DNA from: Eledone cirrhosa
Taxonomy: Eukaryota
NCBI GenBank assembly: GCA_964016885.1
Contig: CAXHJY010000103.1
Coordinates: 1 to 64,000, forward strand
Direction: 5' to 3'
DNA length: 64,000 bases
The notes under the pieces were generated by a model. That model was not told the DNA's origin, searched no databases, and saw only the letters and a program-made list of their open reading frames with translations. The translations under genes and the position numbers were made by a program. Below are positions 62,501 through 64,000 of the stretch, piece by piece. Each line of letters starts with the position of its first letter. Position 1 is the stretch's first letter.

Positions 62501-62658
62501 ATAACTTCTGGTAGACAAGACCTGACAACTAACATTACAAAGGATGAGAGCAAGGAGATGTCTTTTAATGATTGTGTCTTCTCCTCTGCCTCATTACAAT
62601 ACTTTAACATTTCTCTAAGCAGGCCATGAATATCAACTTCATCCAACAAAGTAAGGTT
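29988..62658 (-). CDS. GEMIN4: Gem-associated protein 4 (Gemin4, SMN complex) homolog, 5'-partial, 13 coding exons in window
   Basis: Exons in transcript order: 62658-61695, 60108-60054, 58068-57939, 55985-55812, 54744-54637, 50138-49962, 48204-47814, 46512-46418, 45430-45373, 37520-37393, 32635-32503, 31929-31814, 30449-29988. All have GT-AG boundaries and matching phases; total 2991 nt with an open frame. Peptides match human GEMIN4 as recalled, in collinear order: [23 protein letters not shown] vs [23 protein letters not shown]; [33 protein letters not shown] vs [33 protein letters not shown]; [12 protein letters not shown] vs YTQVFCHALHIM. Confidence 0.85.
31050..31340 (-). mobile_element. 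RTE-like LINE 3' fragment
   Basis: [12 protein letters not shown]-terminal motif; (AGA)n tail. Confidence 0.6.
31814..31929 (-). CDS. GEMIN4: GEMIN4 exon (116 nt)
   Basis: ccattttag|GT...ACTAGA|gtaagc; [12 protein letters not shown]...NILAVTR. Confidence 0.8.
31998..32450. repeat. 39-bp minisatellite (~11-12 units) filling most of a GEMIN4 intron
   Basis: Unit gtgtacctattgttaactagatatacatacagRgatgtg. Confidence 0.95.
32503..32635 (-). CDS. GEMIN4: GEMIN4 exon (133 nt)
   Basis: ttttccctag|CTA...ACAG|gtgagg; [10 protein letters not shown]...LPFFDVT. Confidence 0.85.
32690..33345 (+). mobile_element. Decayed RTE-like reverse transcriptase fragment
   Basis: [21 protein letters not shown]; [13 protein letters not shown]; FTDD. 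Confidence 0.8.
33469..33916 (-). mobile_element. Solo LTR (Ty3/gypsy-like) inserted in a SINE
   Basis: 4-bp TSD ACTT (33465-68, 33917-20); termini TTTAGCAG (probably mutated TGTAG) and CACTACA; SINE halves rejoin across it. Confidence 0.65.
34028..34737 (+). mobile_element. Retrozyme-like non-coding element with partial tandem repeat and hammerhead
   Basis: Direct repeats 34028-34119/34565-34652 and 34378-34461/34653-34737; flanked by TA-rich tracts. Confidence 0.75.
34126..34212 (+). ncRNA. Type I hammerhead ribozyme with full stem III
   Basis: CTGATGA(34135-41)-acca..ctaat/attag..tggt-GAAA(34180-83)-cagatcc-tttt-ggatttg-TA|catctgtg; stem I has two mismatches. Confidence 0.8.
34835..34875 (-). 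ncRNA. Minimal Penelope-type hammerhead motif
   Basis: Minus strand ttc-CTGATGA-a-ggac-ttct-gtcc-GAAA-cgtt-gaa; same family as 27134-27172. Confidence 0.75.
35005..35990 (-). mobile_element. Internally deleted Penelope-like element
   Basis: AT-rich decayed ORF-like segment followed by the hammerhead-bearing pLTR homologous to 253-530; abuts (TA)n. Confidence 0.55.
35128..35230 (-). ncRNA. Type I hammerhead ribozyme, same family as 305-415
   Basis: Minus strand tattttat-CTGATGA-gagtgtaccaaa-gt-tttggtaccctt-GAAA-TATATA-TA|atagaata. Confidence 0.85.
37393..37520 (-). CDS. GEMIN4: GEMIN4 exon (128 nt)
   Basis: tactctag|AT...GCACAG|gtgagt; [19 protein letters not shown]...SLALAQ. Confidence 0.8.
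37545..38100 (-). mobile_element. CR1-clade LINE 3' fragment with SINE insertion
   Basis: Homologous to 43120-43710; the SINE has TSD TAGAATAAT. Confidence 0.8.
38225..39280. repeat. Compound (CA)n/(TA)n minisatellite
   Basis: Alternating cacagcatatatacctttata(ca)n and ctatatatatacctttatata(ca)n subunits. Confidence 0.9.
39281..43090 (-). mobile_element. Apparently full-length RTE-clade LINE in a GEMIN4 intron, sense to the gene
   Basis: Single intact ORF, 3' UTR, (TGA)n tail at 39281; the 5' boundary is approximate. Confidence 0.9.
39577..42696 (-). CDS. RTE ORF: AP endonuclease, reverse transcriptase and PHD-like finger (1039 aa)
   Basis: APE motifs [33 protein letters not shown]; RT motifs [31 protein letters not shown]; C4HC3 finger. 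Confidence 0.95.
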   Translation of the reverse strand: MNLRATKHPREAPTQRPSPTSVDKCPKLRVGTINVGSMKGRAGEIVEMLERKEVDVCCVQETRWRGGSARVLVGKSQCYKFFWVGNDDGMGGVGILLADKWVDKVISVYRVNARIIKLRLVLNKTITTIISAYAPQSGLPDELKDRFYESLIHTTALTDDKDFLIIAGDFNGHVGKHCDGFNRVHGGHGVGTRNEEGFRLLEFCDANDMSICNTNFKKPDNHLITYRSGEHSSQLDFILIRGRDRWTVVNTKAFPSEECTSQHSLVVSDLTVRTRQALKQRPTWRRKIWKLKVPSTSNRFKDILLNAYDSKEEQIETFNVEENWEFLKNNLLEATDEVCGWSKTSSRRRVTWWWNNKVDEAVKAKRQAWKEWKNGGSRVHYIETKREARRQVYLARREAEDRKFKHVLQREDQKQEVFKIARQCVRDSCDVIGEKCIRNDKGELTLTSAEKKDAWKSHYDRLLNEENAWEEETLPHVDPIEGPAVQVSGSVVSKAIRDMKIGKATGPSGIAAEMLKASGSVGHTITTRIVNQVILEGAIPKDWCSSIIVNCYKGKGDALDRGNYRGIKLMDQVMKVTERVIAQLIRDRVNIDEMQFGFVPGKGTTDALFLVRQLQEKYLAKSKPLYLAFVDLEKAFDRVPRAVIWWALRKLGVDEWLVKAVQAMYRGAVSKVRIGNEYSEEFSVQVGVHQGSVLSPLLFIIVLQAITEEFKTGCPWELLYADDLALIAESMVELENKFQIWKQGLERKGLKVNMTKTKVLVSRRENRTQIPSGKWPCSVCRKGVGRNSILCPKCKQWVHKRCSGISGSLIKNVGFTCSSCAETASKQPQETSTTNLWEGPVETVDSFCYLGDRISNGGGCSESTITRVRTGWKKFRELLPLLAAKGFSLRMKGRLYDACIRTAMLHGSETWALKVEDLRRLERNEACMLRWMCNSNIRERQSIKELRERLSIRGIKCCVQERRLRWYGHVMRMKDDSCIKRCRALEVDGNRGVGRPKMTWDEVIKADLTQLHLSKSMTHDRDFWRHAVIQGTRPPMGTC
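43120..44210 (-). mobile_element. CR1-clade LINE 3' fragment
   Basis: [40 protein letters not shown]. Confidence 0.9.
43200..43380 (-). mobile_element. Nin-domain SINE with clustered A-to-G changes
   Basis: Aligns to the other Nin SINE copies with about 18 plus-strand T-to-C differences. Confidence 0.85.
45373..45430 (-). CDS. GEMIN4: GEMIN4 exon (58 nt)
   Basis: tattttacag|GTG...TGTG|gtaagt; links phase 0 to phase 1. Confidence 0.7.
46065..46220. repeat. 17-bp minisatellite (~9 units)
   Basis: Unit tatggtcagtctgaggY. Confidence 0.9.
46418..46512 (-). CDS. GEMIN4: GEMIN4 exon (95 nt)
   Basis: cctctacag|AA...GAT|gtaagt; contains the conserved LDWTVKLRL motif. Confidence 0.85.
47814..48204 (-). 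CDS. GEMIN4: GEMIN4 exon (391 nt)
   Basis: Long polypyrimidine tract then ctttag|TCC, which keeps the frame (the next AG 13 nt downstream does not); donor TCAG|gtgagt; [11 protein letters not shown] and [15 protein letters not shown] resemble GEMIN4. Confidence 0.8.
49962..50138 (-). CDS. GEMIN4: GEMIN4 exon (177 nt)
   Basis: tatttgcag|ATG...TTAACG|gtatga; MFQLLPNSC...IKFLQQLLT. Confidence 0.8.
51148..52241. mobile_element. Two RTE 3' fragments in inverted orientation around a Nin SINE and (TA)n
   Basis: Minus copy ~51148-51548 and plus copy ~51755-52241; [20 protein letters not shown] matches the C-terminus of the RTE ORF. Confidence 0.8.
52440..53625. repeat. (CA)n/(TA)n/(CATA)n microsatellite field
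   Basis: Simple-repeat composition. Confidence 0.9.
54060..54450 (+). mobile_element. Highly decayed RTE 3' fragment
   Basis: [15 protein letters not shown] remnant parallels [15 protein letters not shown] of the intact RTE. Confidence 0.6.
54637..54744 (-). CDS. GEMIN4: GEMIN4 exon (108 nt)
   Basis: ttttttcag|ATT...GTTAAG|gtaagt; [36 protein letters not shown]. Confidence 0.8.
55222..55435. repeat. ~57-59-bp tandem repeat (4 units) in an RTE/SINE-like tail
   Basis: Unit gaggacagtagctctgataaagt...aacaacccatctatttaa; two more units at 59860-59960. Confidence 0.8.
55812..55985 (-). CDS. GEMIN4: GEMIN4 exon (174 nt)
   Basis: tatttgtag|GTC...ATGAAG|gtgata; [18 protein letters not shown]...[12 protein letters not shown]. 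Confidence 0.8.
56401..56680 (+). mobile_element. Tc1/mariner-superfamily transposon remnant
   Basis: TA|CAGGGTG terminus; translation [23 protein letters not shown] resembles the WPxRSPDLxPxDFFLWG motif. Confidence 0.7.
57939..58068 (-). CDS. GEMIN4: GEMIN4 exon (130 nt)
   Basis: tttcctag|G...CTTCAG|gtatat; [13 protein letters not shown]...EKYLQ. Confidence 0.8.
58591..59771 (-). mobile_element. Decayed CRE-like RLE non-LTR retrotransposon fragment
   Basis: [42 protein letters not shown]; interrupts a repeat that is contiguous at 55050-55200, with AAGT at both junctions. Confidence 0.7.
60054..60108 (-). CDS. GEMIN4: GEMIN4 exon (55 nt)
   Basis: tttttacag|AT...ATCAG|gtaaat; encodes [18 protein letters not shown]; links phase 1 to phase 2. 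Confidence 0.75.
61695..62658 (-). CDS. GEMIN4: GEMIN4 large internal exon (964 nt)
   Basis: Lies within the 332-aa ORF; acceptor ttctaatttcag|AAC, donor TCTG|gtaagg, ends in phase 1. Confidence 0.85.
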
Positions 62659-63429
62659 CTGAAATTAGAATATTAATTATTATTATTAATATTGATGGTA
62701 ATGTTATACTGTTGTTGTTGGTAGTGGTAGTGTCACATTGTTGTTCGTGGTGTTGGTGGTTGTGTTATGTTGTTGATGCTGTTGTTGGTGGTAGTATCAT
62801 TTTGTTGATGTTGTTGTTGTTAGTGTCATGTTGTTGTTGTTGGTGGTGGTGGTATTGGTGGTAGTAGTGTCATGTTGTTGTTGTTGTTCGTGGTGGTGGT
62901 GGTGGGAGTGTTATGTTGTTGTCATTATAAAAAGGCAGTAGATGGACAGAATTGTAAAATGTCAGACAAAATGCCTCGCTGTGGTATTTAATTTATATCC
63001 CTTTACATTCAAAAATCAAATCCTATTGAAATCAACTTTGCCATTGTAAAGTCGTTGGCATTAGGAAAACCATTCAGCCATAAATAACCATGTCAAAACT
63101 GAACATATTAAACAAAGAGGAAGATAGTAGCTCTGTTAAATACTGACTTTGTCTGTCAATGTAGCAAGGTGGGAATAAAATGGTAAGTGCCACAAACTCC
63201 CTAGTGCTGGTGCAGTGATAAAATGCACCTAGTACACTTTGTAAGTGTTTAATGTTGAAGAAACCATGCCAAACAAAGCAACAAGAGGGCTCATCAATTG
63301 TGTTAAAGACATAATAACCTCCCTTGTGCTGGTGCCATGACAAAATACACCCATTACATATGTGTAGGAACACATGTATTGAAATGCAGCCCTTTGCCAT
63401 ATGAGAGGCCTGTAACTTTTATTAAAAAA

Positions 63430-63895
63430 CGCCCAGTCCACACTGTAAAGTGGTTGTGTAGGTGTCACAATAAAAAGCATCCAGTCCACACTGTAAAGTG
63501 GTTGTGTAGGTGTCATGACAAAAAGCACCCAATCCACACTATAAAGTGGTCATGTAGGCATCATGAGAAAAAGCACCCAGCCCACACAATAAAGTGGTCC
63601 TGTAGGTGTCATGACAAAAAGCACCCAGTACTCAGTCCACACTATCAAGTGGTTGTGTAGGTGTCACAATAAATAGCACCCAGCCCTTACTGTAAAGTGG
63701 TCATGTAGGTGTCATGACAAAAGGCACACTGTACATGTGGTTGGTGTTAGGAAGGGCATCCAGCTGTAGAAACCAAGCTAAAATCAGTTCTGTATGAGCA
63801 AGACATGGTCACCTGATCTGGCATTGCCCACAACAGGACAACTCATCTAACCCATGCTAGCATGGAAAAATGGACGTTAAATGGTGATGATGATA
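63430..63895 (+). repeat. RTE/SINE 3' end with a 48-bp module amplified ~6-7 times
   Basis: Unit ccagtccacactgtaaagtggttgtgtaggtgtcaYRacaaaaagcac, followed by gttaggaagggcatccagctgtagaaa and a (TGA)n tail. Confidence 0.85.
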
Positions 63896-64000
63896 ATATA
63901 TAAAAGGTTGATTAATGAAAACAAATAAAAGAAGGTTTAGTAGTTAATCAATTCATTATTTTACAATCATTTCAAATTGCAAAATAAACAAGGATTTTAT

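Overview
Eukaryotic, AT-rich, repeat-dominated DNA. The repeat repertoire (Nin- and CORE-type SINEs, RTE, Penelope-like elements, (TA)n/(CA)n/(AAT)n microsatellites) suggests an octopod cephalopod; this is an inference. The only host gene I can support is a minus-strand GEMIN4 homolog. It has 13 phase-consistent GT-AG exons from 62658 to the stop at 29988 (996 codons plus stop), and its 5' exon(s) lie beyond the window. The rest is mobile DNA: a ~5 kb 45-bp tandem array grown from an RTE/SINE 3' module, a non-autonomous Helitron, a Naiad-type Penelope element split by a ~7.5 kb nest of Tx1/L1, R4/Dong and SINE insertions, an intact 1039-aa RTE LINE in a GEMIN4 intron, CR1/RTE/CRE/mariner fossils, piggyBac-type MITEs and a solo LTR. 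Three signals stand out. (1) At least eight hammerhead-ribozyme motifs from several sequence families occur mostly in short non-coding, (TA)n-flanked elements with direct and inverted repeats (retrozyme-like or non-autonomous Penelope). (2) One SINE copy carries about 18 clustered A-to-G changes with ADAR-like neighbour context, a likely genomic fossil of a hyper-edited RNA. (3) The RTE 3' UTR module repeatedly seeds tandem arrays. All alignments and folds were done by eye.
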